Virus record (IMG/VR): IMGVR_UViG_3300027419_000023
DNA from: a virus
Length of the DNA: 64,000 nt
Strand: one strand, 5' to 3'
Shown one piece after another: positions 47,922 through 55,557 of this stretch. Positions within the stretch are counted from its first letter, which is position 1. Every line of letters starts with the position of its first letter. Under the pieces are notes generated by a model, which saw nothing but the letters and a program-made list of their open reading frames with translations, was not told the DNA's origin and made no database searches. The position numbers and the translations under genes were made by a program.

Positions 47922-48150
47922 TTATTATCTTCTCCCATACTTGTTTGGTTTTCTTCTGCGATAATCTTATGGGTCACGATTATAGTAGTCAACCCATAAC
48001 TATATCTAAAGGATATTTTAGAGCTATATATAGTTTTTGGCTTCCGGGTAATATACTATTCTATGAGTATTTGTCCACTAGCCAAAAACTACAAGTTAAC
48101 GTTTAGTTTTGAGTATTTAAACTTTTTGGTTGCTTAAACAAGTAACCAAA

Positions 48151-48215
48151 TTGGAACCAGTAAGAGTCGAACTTACAGCGAATTACGCTTCCAACCCAGT
48201 TTCGGACAATTCCAA
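48151..48215 (-). ncRNA. tRNA-like small RNA with T-arm and D-like arm but truncated anticodon arm
   Basis: TTGGAATTG/TGGTTCCAA closing stem; TCCGA-AACTGGG-TTGGA; AGCG-TAATT-CGCT; GTAAG-TTCGACT-CTTAC; own promoter at 48241-48260. Confidence 0.6.
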
Positions 48216-48240
48216 CGTATTAATATAGTAAAAAGTTTTG

Positions 48241-48260
48241 GTGTATTTAAAGGTTTTGGT
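48241..48260 (-). promoter_or_regulatory. BRE+TATA promoter driving the tRNA-like RNA
   Basis: ACCAAAACCTTTAAATAC about 28 nt upstream of the folded element; no ORF follows. Confidence 0.7.
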
Positions 48261-48268
48261 TGTATTAC

Positions 48269-48505
48269 TTACGGTACGACTTGCCAAATGGTTCCGTTGC
48301 CGAAAGTTATTGTACCGTTCCGGGTCACATTAGGTGTTTCGGCACTGAACGCCAACATATATATGGCTTCTTCTGGAGTTATGTTTGTTCCAGGGCATAA
48401 CTCCATTGCGTTACTGGAGTTATTTTGTTCCACTAAGTAGATAGCTGAACATGACTGAGATAAAACTAGTAAGACGACTAAAATGCTAATAAAATTTAAG
48501 TTCAA
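48269..48505 (-). CDS. Small secreted protein rich in N-glycosylation sequons
   Basis: Signal peptide; NNS, NSS, NIT, NVT, NGT, NGT. Confidence 0.55.
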   Translation of the reverse strand: MNLNFISILVVLLVLSQSCSAIYLVEQNNSSNAMELCPGTNITPEEAIYMLAFSAETPNVTRNGTITFGNGTIWQVVP

Positions 48506-48523
48506 TCTTGGCTGTTCCCTTAA

Positions 48524-48865
48524 TTAAATTACTAGCCGGTACCCGAAGGCACCTTTAGGGCCGACCTGATCATCTAAGATTTCCAATGAACCAACTAAAT
48601 GCTCGTCAATACGAGTCATTAGGTTTCTTAAGGATCGCTGGTACTTTGACTGATAGGATCTGGCCTTGCCTTTCAGTTGGCTACCAGTGGCTTCGTAGCC
48701 AATTATATAGCCATGATTTATTAGGTTCTCCACGACGTCTTGTTGCCAGGAGCCCTTGGCTTGGTTTCTCAACAATTTAGACAGTTCTGGTCCTGGTAGC
48801 CAGCAAGGCTTTCCATTGGGTGTCTTACCGTCCATTACGGGTTTATAGATGTTTATCGAAGTCAT
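48524..48865 (-). CDS. Hypothetical protein
   Basis: L.G.A.SY.SKY pattern; cassette promoter and GGAGTGA SD. Confidence 0.6.
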   Translation of the reverse strand: MTSINIYKPVMDGKTPNGKPCWLPGPELSKLLRNQAKGSWQQDVVENLINHGYIIGYEATGSQLKGKARSYQSKYQRSLRNLMTRIDEHLVGSLEILDDQVGPKGAFGYRLVI

Positions 48866-48878
48866 TTCATTTCACTCC

Positions 48879-48917
48879 AAGTACTAATAGTACTGGATAC
48901 TATTAATAGTTTTTGGT
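48879..48917 (-). promoter_or_regulatory. Promoter cassette with AGTACTAATAGTACT quasi-palindrome
   Basis: Same palindrome at 50835-50849; leader 48860-48879 identical to 31419-31438. Confidence 0.7.
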
Positions 48918-49235
48918 CGGCTTCTCTGGAAATTGCATTGGCATCCAGTACAAGATAGTATAGTCGTCCGCAAATGGAAAATCGAGTATGTCTGACCAAG
49001 CTTCGTTATTGTAAAATATACCTATAGATACGCGGTCTTTGACGTCGTCGTAGGATGAATCTTCATAGACTATATATATCCAGACTAAGGTTCGATCTTC
49101 TGGCAGACAATCTTTAACGGATATCCATTCTCGTCTATTATTAAGTTTTGATATAAATTTTAACATATTTTTAGTATGTGACGTATCATTATTATCCAAT
49201 GGGTTATAATCATATAATTCTTGAAAATGTTGCAT
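48903..49235 (-). CDS. DUF551-like protein
   Basis: EWISVKD.LPE..YWMP..PE.P. Confidence 0.7.
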   Translation of the reverse strand: MQHFQELYDYNPLDNNDTSHTKNMLKFISKLNNRREWISVKDCLPEDRTLVWIYIVYEDSSYDDVKDRVSIGIFYNNEAWSDILDFPFADDYTILYWMPMQFPEKPTKNY

Positions 49236-49413
49236 AAGTTAACCTCCTTGAAGTTCTTGTATTTTATTATCTATATAATTATATAACTTCTCCTGCTTTT
49301 CTATCCAGTCTATTTGATAATGTAATAGCACTACCATATGGTAAGGACTCGCACCTCTTTTAGACCAGTATAAAAATTGTGATAGCACTATATCATATAG
49401 CTTAGATATATAA

Positions 49414-49722
49414 TTATTTTTCATTATTATTCCTTACTTTATTTATTATGATTTTCTGTTTCGACCAGTGTTGGTCTGTTTGTACATGGTTTGCTCTCAC
49501 ATACTTTGCGATATTTTTATTAAATTCTACATTACTAAATGAATCTATGTTGCGGGCTGCAATATGATCATGAGTCCAGAGGCAGTTTGAGCCATCCATT
49601 TTGATAGTTACGACTAACTCCTTATTTAGGAAGTTATCTATATTAAAGTAGCCGGATTCTCGGACGTCCTCCTTATCCGCGGAATCTGAAAATGTGAAGT
49701 ATGGAGTTCTAGGATATTTCAT
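49414..49722 (-). pseudogene. Internally deleted RNA/DNA-ligase-family gene
   Basis: KYPRT and motif I KMDGSN fused directly to C-terminal AKYVRANHVQTDQHW; central motifs missing. Confidence 0.65.
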
Positions 49723-49819
49723 AAATTAACCTATTAACTTCTAATTCTCTTGTCAGATACTTCACGAGGTCTGCTTCTCCCACCCTGCTTTTCGGCATAA
49801 GTTCTTTTTTGTTTTCCGT

Positions 49820-50080
49820 CTACTTCTTTGGCTTCCAATATTTACCCTCCTTACCACACTTGTCTTTACGTTCGCCGAAGATCCATTCGGACAGATCCTT
49901 GGATAATTGGCGTTCGGATTCGCAGTTCAATAGTTTGCTGTAGTCAGAATACCAGAAGGTGCCATAGATTGGATCACAGACTCGTTTTTGATGACGTCCA
50001 CATTTACTATCCCAACCGATATCAGCCACGACTCGTTCGTAATGCTCATAAGTTGTACATAATTTCTCACACGGATTCAT
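49820..50080 (-). CDS. Small Cys-rich protein (family with 17216 and 43321)
   Basis: DPIYG..LNCESERQLSKD..DKCGKEGKYWKP. Confidence 0.55.
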   Translation of the reverse strand: MNPCEKLCTTYEHYERVVADIGWDSKCGRHQKRVCDPIYGTFWYSDYSKLLNCESERQLSKDLSEWIFGERKDKCGKEGKYWKPKK

Positions 50081-50084
50081 AGGA

Positions 50085-50207
50085 TCACGTCTTTATTTTA
50101 TCATATAGTTCGTGGTATTGCTTGTCCAGCCACCTTATATAAGAGTTAGCAGCTTCCAACTTCAATTTGAGCAGTTCGATTTGCTGTCTTTCGGTAAGTT
50201 CTTTCAT
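50085..50207 (-). CDS. Small coiled-coil protein with structured leader
   Basis: Manual translation MKELTERQQIELLKLKLEAANSYIRWLD..; GAGGTGA SD. Confidence 0.5.
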   Translation of the reverse strand: MKELTERQQIELLKLKLEAANSYIRWLDKQYHELYDKIKT

Positions 50208-50229
50208 TTAGTCACCTCGGATAATTGTT

Positions 50230-50269
50230 AGGAAAAGAAAACAAGACGGATTAACTTGCTTTCTCTCCT
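50230..50269 (-). promoter_or_regulatory. 5' leader hairpin (about 15 bp)
   Basis: AGGAGAGAAAGCAAG pairs with CTTGTTTTCTTTTCCT downstream of promoter 50301-50320. Confidence 0.5.
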
Positions 50270-50305
50270 TTTGGGTTGGCACTCTAAATACGGTTATATT
50301 CGTAT

Positions 50306-50833
50306 TTAAAGGTTTTGGTTAATGCAAATAGTATCTGAAAATATGGGTATAAACCCGTTATTGGTACAATAACCATCAAAGAAATATAAATTGGTATGAC
50401 CAGGATTACCAGTAACTTTAATACCTTTTGGTACAATTATATTAATGCTTGCGGAACCATATAGTGGCGTAATTACAAAATCTTTATAAGCTATATAAAA
50501 ACTATCCCATTGACTAAACGGATACGAGTACCTATGAGTTGGTGTTTCTCCAGAATCTAGAAATCCATCTAGCCATTTTATATATTCATTAACGTGAGCT
50601 ATTCGTATATTCGGTAAAATATACTCATTTTTATTTTCTATATATTTTCTATGTTTTTGCTCCTGTTTGATACGATCAATTTTTCTTTTGTTATCCTCTT
50701 CTTCTTCCTTGGTAATAAATTTTTCTAATCTAGGATCGACTTTAGGAACACGAATATGATTATTCGAGGTTTCTGAAGTATTCTGTTCATTTGATATGTT
50801 TAATATTTCGTGGCCAAATAATACTATCCTCAT
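50306..50833 (-). CDS. Hypothetical protein (probably leaderless)
   Basis: Y..WL.G....G..PTH.Y.YPF; cassette at 50834-50872 abuts ATG. Confidence 0.6.
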   Translation of the reverse strand: MRIVLFGHEILNISNEQNTSETSNNHIRVPKVDPRLEKFITKEEEEDNKRKIDRIKQEQKHRKYIENKNEYILPNIRIAHVNEYIKWLDGFLDSGETPTHRYSYPFSQWDSFYIAYKDFVITPLYGSASINIIVPKGIKVTGNPGHTNLYFFDGYCTNNGFIPIFSDTICINQNL

Positions 50834-50886
50834 AAGTACTAATAGTACTGATTGATATTTAAAGGTTTTGGTTACAAAAAAAATAA

Positions 50887-51102
50887 TTACTTATGAAATG
50901 CAGATGCAGTAGATATTGTTTCATTTATCATATCTATGCTATAATGCATTTCTTTAAGCAATGATTGCCATTTAGCATTTATGGCCTTATCGTCCTCGAA
51001 GTCGTAGAACGTGGATTCCAGATAACCAGAATCATTTTCATCAACCACGTGAATTCTACGTATTTGAAAGTTTGCTGTGCCAATTACTTCCATCATTTCC
51101 AC
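50887..51102 (-). CDS. Hypothetical protein
   Basis: GAGGT SD; cassette promoter at about 51115-51153. Confidence 0.5.
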   Translation of the reverse strand: MEMMEVIGTANFQIRRIHVVDENDSGYLESTFYDFEDDKAINAKWQSLLKEMHYSIDMINETISTASAFHK

Positions 51103-51230
51103 ATGTATTACCTCTAGTAAGAATAAGTACTGCTAGAATAAATAGTTTTTGGTTACGCTAAATAATATAGATAAATATTATAAAAATAGAAATATAATAT
51201 TAATTAAAAAATAATGAATAAAAAAGCTAA

Positions 51231-52652
51231 TTATGTCACTGTAACCGTTATTGTTCTTGCTCTAATCCTCTGATCTTCATCTATGTCAATAACGGAACCT
51301 GGAGTTGAAATGGTCATACTATTTCCTACGGCGGAACATAGTGTTATACTGTCAATACCTTCCAGCATTTCCGAGGTAGTATAGTCCATGTAAATATAGA
51401 GAAATAGATCCGACCACTCTAAGTCTTTGCCAATTGTAAAATCATTCAGGAAGTCCGTTACAGAATCTTCGATATTAGCATCCAGGCCGCTCGGAGCTGT
51501 AGAAGTTCTGATTATGTTTATGGTGACGTCGACGTAGACCGTCCTTGGCAATATATAAAGATATGGATATGTTCCCATGCCGATTAGAATGTCGTAACTA
51601 CCTGTACCGGCATAAATAACTTCATCAATATAGTCAGCTCGGTCATCCACACTTTCCATGGTAGCACTAATAGTGTCTCCAATTACGGTATCAACGGGAA
51701 CGATTACCGTAGCTGTTCTAGTGCGACCAAGAATATCAACGTAACTTATGCTAAAAGATTCTCCGGCTAGCATGTTGTCGTAGGCTCGAACTAAAATGCG
51801 TCCGCCAGAGCAATCCGAAAGATGATTGTTTACTATACCGGTTCGGACAGTAGCTCCCAACTTCCCACGACAAGTAATTCCTGCGGCGACATTATCCTCT
51901 AGGGAAGTTTCGATGTCCGCACAGTCATCACCTGTACCGCCACTATAGTCTACTATGACTTCGAGATCACCATTGCTACGAGAAAATATATGGGCTTCTG
52001 AAATGTCTTCTAGGTCAGTCAAATGATCTTCGACTACGGTGGAAGTTGCTGTACCTGTTGCTAAAACTGCATAATAATAACGATTACGTAGGTCGTCATC
52101 ACTTTCTTGGTCGGTGCCGCCAACAAAAGCTTCGCTATTTTCCACGCGATCAATATCATCAATGGCATATGGTATGTTAGTAATCATGTATGCAGAGACG
52201 TTGCCATTCTCACCGGACTCTACTGCACGAGCTGCCACTGTAACAGAATTCTCACCTATAGAGACTTCGCCGTATGCAGTAGTCTCAAAAAATATTCGAC
52301 TACCATCTGATCCAATTGCTAGAGCTTTAGATCCTAATGGTACTGGAATTATTTCTGTAGCAATATCAATACTAGAAAAAGTTAATGTACCAACGGCTTG
52401 ATCTCCGTCTAGTCTGCCTGCGGGTAACCGATCTACCACTAAAGCATCTAAGTCTGTATCGGTTGCTGTTAGTACTGAAAGTTTATAAGTTTCATCTTCG
52501 ATCCTTTGATACATTAGATTTACCTGAATGGCAATTATTTCTGAAAGGACATCTAACATGCTACCGGATGAGAAATTCCGGATTTTAGGATGCCTACTGA
52601 TTAATTCCTCTCTTAAATCATCTTTTATTTCGTTAATGGTTGGTACTAACAT
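51231..52652 (-). CDS. Baseplate J-like wedge protein
   Basis: ATDTDLD, G..GNV, GGTDQESDDDLRNR. Confidence 0.9.
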   Translation of the reverse strand: MLVPTINEIKDDLREELISRHPKIRNFSSGSMLDVLSEIIAIQVNLMYQRIEDETYKLSVLTATDTDLDALVVDRLPAGRLDGDQAVGTLTFSSIDIATEIIPVPLGSKALAIGSDGSRIFFETTAYGEVSIGENSVTVAARAVESGENGNVSAYMITNIPYAIDDIDRVENSEAFVGGTDQESDDDLRNRYYYAVLATGTATSTVVEDHLTDLEDISEAHIFSRSNGDLEVIVDYSGGTGDDCADIETSLEDNVAAGITCRGKLGATVRTGIVNNHLSDCSGGRILVRAYDNMLAGESFSISYVDILGRTRTATVIVPVDTVIGDTISATMESVDDRADYIDEVIYAGTGSYDILIGMGTYPYLYILPRTVYVDVTINIIRTSTAPSGLDANIEDSVTDFLNDFTIGKDLEWSDLFLYIYMDYTTSEMLEGIDSITLCSAVGNSMTISTPGSVIDIDEDQRIRARTITVTVT

Positions 52653-52665
52653 GATATGACTCCAA

Positions 52666-53121
52666 TTAATAATAATTTATTATATTACTGAGTTCCGAAG
52701 TTAGTGACATCAATTCGTTTGGGGTATACAAAAATTGTAATTGGTCAGTTTGAGACATTCTGAGGAGAATTTCCGCCTGAAATGGATCGGAATCACTTTT
52801 CAGGCAAGTAATAGAATTTATTTCTAGTTCCGGAAATTGATAATCCATATCTGCTTCAAGATCTTGTTCTAGTCGCCGCAAATTCCCAGTCGTATTCTTC
52901 TCGTGCAGATAATCAAGGCAACTACAACCAATCTTTGGATCATAACGTTCGCCTTTGGGGGTTGCCAGGTATAAGAAGAATCTTTGTTTGAGTTCTTCTT
53001 GTCCACCAATTAGAGCTATGTCTCCAGTTGCGTCAAGCACTAAGTCCAAGCTGGAATGACACTGACCATGTCCAGCCGAGATGTCCAAATTGGTCTTCAA
53101 ATCATAATAAGTTATTGTCAT
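52666..53121 (-). CDS. Baseplate gp25/GPW-like protein
   Basis: GDI..I.G.E.L.Q..L.TPKGE..P..G. Confidence 0.8.
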   Translation of the reverse strand: MTITYYDLKTNLDISAGHGQCHSSLDLVLDATGDIALIGGQEELKQRFFLYLATPKGERYDPKIGCSCLDYLHEKNTTGNLRRLEQDLEADMDYQFPELEINSITCLKSDSDPFQAEILLRMSQTDQLQFLYTPNELMSLTSELSNIINYY

Positions 53122-53138
53122 AATATACTCGATTCATA

Positions 53139-53282
53139 TTAATATTTCGCGTGCCAATAAACCGTCTGGGTGGTCGTGACTCCTGAGAAATTCACTGCGA
53201 AAGTGCTTGCCCCGATGCTTGCAGGCGTGGCTATTGTACCTTCGGTGTTCTGGGCCGTCGCAAAGCAGCATAAACCATCTGT
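53139..53282 (-). pseudogene. Start-less relic of a tail-fibre C-terminal domain
   Basis: Open frame TDGLCCFATAQNTEGTIATPASIGASTFAVNFSGVTTTQTVYWHAKY* directly after the fibre stop; GC-rich; no SD or start. Confidence 0.5.
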
Positions 53283-53289
53283 TCAGTGA

Positions 53290-55545
53290 TTATACCTCGA
53301 TATTGTGGGCAATCTCTTTTGTCACACTACCAGAATTATCGCAGATACCATCACCACACCCGATCGCAATGTTCCCTATTGCCGTAAAGTTAGTGGCACC
53401 TGAAACGATGAATATCCCATAGTCATCGTAATTGTACATTACATTAGAATTTACAACACTACCAGAATTTCCGGATTCAATTCCGATTGCAATTGTGTTG
53501 TCGCGTGAGTTTCCATTGCAATGATTCGATACCACTACATTCTGATCTCCCCCCGACATGATCTGTATGGCATTACTGTATAAATTCTCGCCTGTGTTGA
53601 TGTCGCGTAGTTTATTCCCCATAATGATTGTGCCTGACCCATTCGATCTAATGCCATATACTGCGGATACTATTGAATTTCCTTCAATGATGTTATCGTC
53701 TCCGCTGGCAACATTAATTCCGAATGATTCGGATGGGCTAATGTAACTTGCACCGAATATATTCAGAACGTTTCCTTGTATGTGGTTGTCGTTGGATAGA
53801 ATTAAATTTATGCCGTAACTAGTCCGATCACACCCATTATTTGTGACAAATGCATCATCTACTTCATATAAATATATCCCATATTTATACCCCCAACAAA
53901 AATTATCTTGAATTCGGGGCCAGTCAGCATCTACTATATAGAATGCATATGCATTCGCCATTACCCAGGCAACTAATGTCTCGCCGCGCCCTGTATAATA
54001 ATTCGGATTGAAATGATTACGTTGTATGTAATCGATATCTGTGCTATCTTGAGTACGAACTCCTACGTATAATGGATATCCGGCGCAATCTTCGACGATA
54101 AGTCGATAATGTGCACGGTATGCATCCACAAAGATATACGGGTTCGCTGCCATGACCCTGCGTATGGTCTGATCAGAAGCGGGTACTGATCCGTCCGCAG
54201 TTATATAGAATGCTCCTGGATATACTACTGGTGCAGCATTTGTGTTTTGATTTGGATAATAGACCCATAAATCTTCTACAGTTGATGCGGGATACATTTT
54301 GAACGCTGGCACAGTCTTACTATATACCATGATCACTGACCCATGCGCGGTAGTATATGATTGAGTTAACGTTCCGTCCATTGGATTGTTGACGCCTCGG
54401 ATTGTTACATGCTCCTTGACAGTAACTCCTGCATCCGACGCGAAATGGTATTCGTCTAGTAAAAGTTGAACGACCCCTCCACCCAGTGCGTATACGGTGT
54501 CTACTGCGGCTTGAATCTGGACATTATCTGCTACTCCATCTGTTATATAATCAGCATCTGCGGATGTTCCCACTGTCACAAATGGTAGTGCGCTTGTTTC
54601 ATCTCCGGCTGGGGTTGCCCATGCGCCTTGACCATTCAAGAAGTGCGTAGCAATATTATCTAATTTTGGCAACAGTCCGTGTGCTGATGCCGAGGCATTC
54701 CTAGTTGTGATATCGGTGCATGCTGCCAGAGTATCCAACGCGGGATTCGTGATTGCGTGTTTGTGGTCGCTTCGTGAAAATGTCGCTGCTGCCCCGTTTG
54801 CGGCAGATCCGCCGACAGTCTCTGACCCACCACCCAAATCAGCACTAGTGGGGATAGTAGGCAATCCACTCAAGTTCGCATATGCTATCTGCCCACCATC
54901 TCCACCGTTATGGTCGTGACTGTCTCCATTGGTCACTCCTTTAGCTATAGGTGCATAATCGGATGATGCAGTATATGCAGCACTGCCTAGTCCCAGTATA
55001 GTTTTTAGTTCCGAAAGCGTTTTTTTTGCCCATTCGTGAGCTGAATTGCTCACTATTACGTCATTTTCCGATGTGGACTCTGGTATAACGTTGGGATGCG
55101 TATGCCCGACCGCAGAATAAATTGTATCAAAATAAGTTTTCAGCGTTGCCTTTATATTAGCCCAGGTAAGTTTCTTGACATTATAACTATTATTGCTATC
55201 TAATAATTCTAATTCGTCGGCGTCAATGGGTGTAGTCTTGGAACTAGCAGAATGTACTGATATTTGGTCGCCAATTAATGGAAATCCTTTTGGATATTCA
55301 AATACGGTATCTGCATGATAAGTTATAGTAGCAGAAGTTAGCGTATATATACCGAAGCCATTTAGTGTTATCGTGGTATTAGGTGCCGAGTAAACTACCG
55401 AAGTTATTTGAAAGAACTTTGTAGTCCCTTGTACAATAATTATTTTTTGTCCTGGCCAATATGTTGTAGACATATCTCCTGGAACTGTAACAGAGTTTGC
55501 AGAAGCATACGTCCAAGTATCAAATCTATTATAATATGTTGCCAT
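53290..55545 (-). CDS. Tail fibre/spike with C-terminal right-handed beta-helix (pectin-lyase/NosD-like)
   Basis: Fibre repeats (DSHDH, RSDHKH, AHGLLPKL); ADY.TDG..D..IQAA; many I.GN/NN rungs. Confidence 0.85.
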   Translation of the reverse strand: MATYYNRFDTWTYASANSVTVPGDMSTTYWPGQKIIIVQGTTKFFQITSVVYSAPNTTITLNGFGIYTLTSATITYHADTVFEYPKGFPLIGDQISVHSASSKTTPIDADELELLDSNNSYNVKKLTWANIKATLKTYFDTIYSAVGHTHPNVIPESTSENDVIVSNSAHEWAKKTLSELKTILGLGSAAYTASSDYAPIAKGVTNGDSHDHNGGDGGQIAYANLSGLPTIPTSADLGGGSETVGGSAANGAAATFSRSDHKHAITNPALDTLAACTDITTRNASASAHGLLPKLDNIATHFLNGQGAWATPAGDETSALPFVTVGTSADADYITDGVADNVQIQAAVDTVYALGGGVVQLLLDEYHFASDAGVTVKEHVTIRGVNNPMDGTLTQSYTTAHGSVIMVYSKTVPAFKMYPASTVEDLWVYYPNQNTNAAPVVYPGAFYITADGSVPASDQTIRRVMAANPYIFVDAYRAHYRLIVEDCAGYPLYVGVRTQDSTDIDYIQRNHFNPNYYTGRGETLVAWVMANAYAFYIVDADWPRIQDNFCWGYKYGIYLYEVDDAFVTNNGCDRTSYGINLILSNDNHIQGNVLNIFGASYISPSESFGINVASGDDNIIEGNSIVSAVYGIRSNGSGTIIMGNKLRDINTGENLYSNAIQIMSGGDQNVVVSNHCNGNSRDNTIAIGIESGNSGSVVNSNVMYNYDDYGIFIVSGATNFTAIGNIAIGCGDGICDNSGSVTKEIAHNIEV

Positions 55546-55557
55546 AGTTATTGATCC

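Noticed and set aside
48151-48215. Functional decoding tRNA or attP site
   Set aside because: There is no 5-bp/7-nt anticodon arm. The 5' strand pairs with the 3' strand and has its own promoter, and no integrase is present in the window.
21732-51153. CRISPR array or mini-array from the repeated intergenic motifs
   Set aside because: The repeats are dispersed, degenerate and positioned as promoters, not regularly spaced with unique spacers.
53139-55545. Diversity-generating retroelement acting on the tail fibre
   Set aside because: No reverse transcriptase and no template/variable repeat pair differing at adenines was seen.
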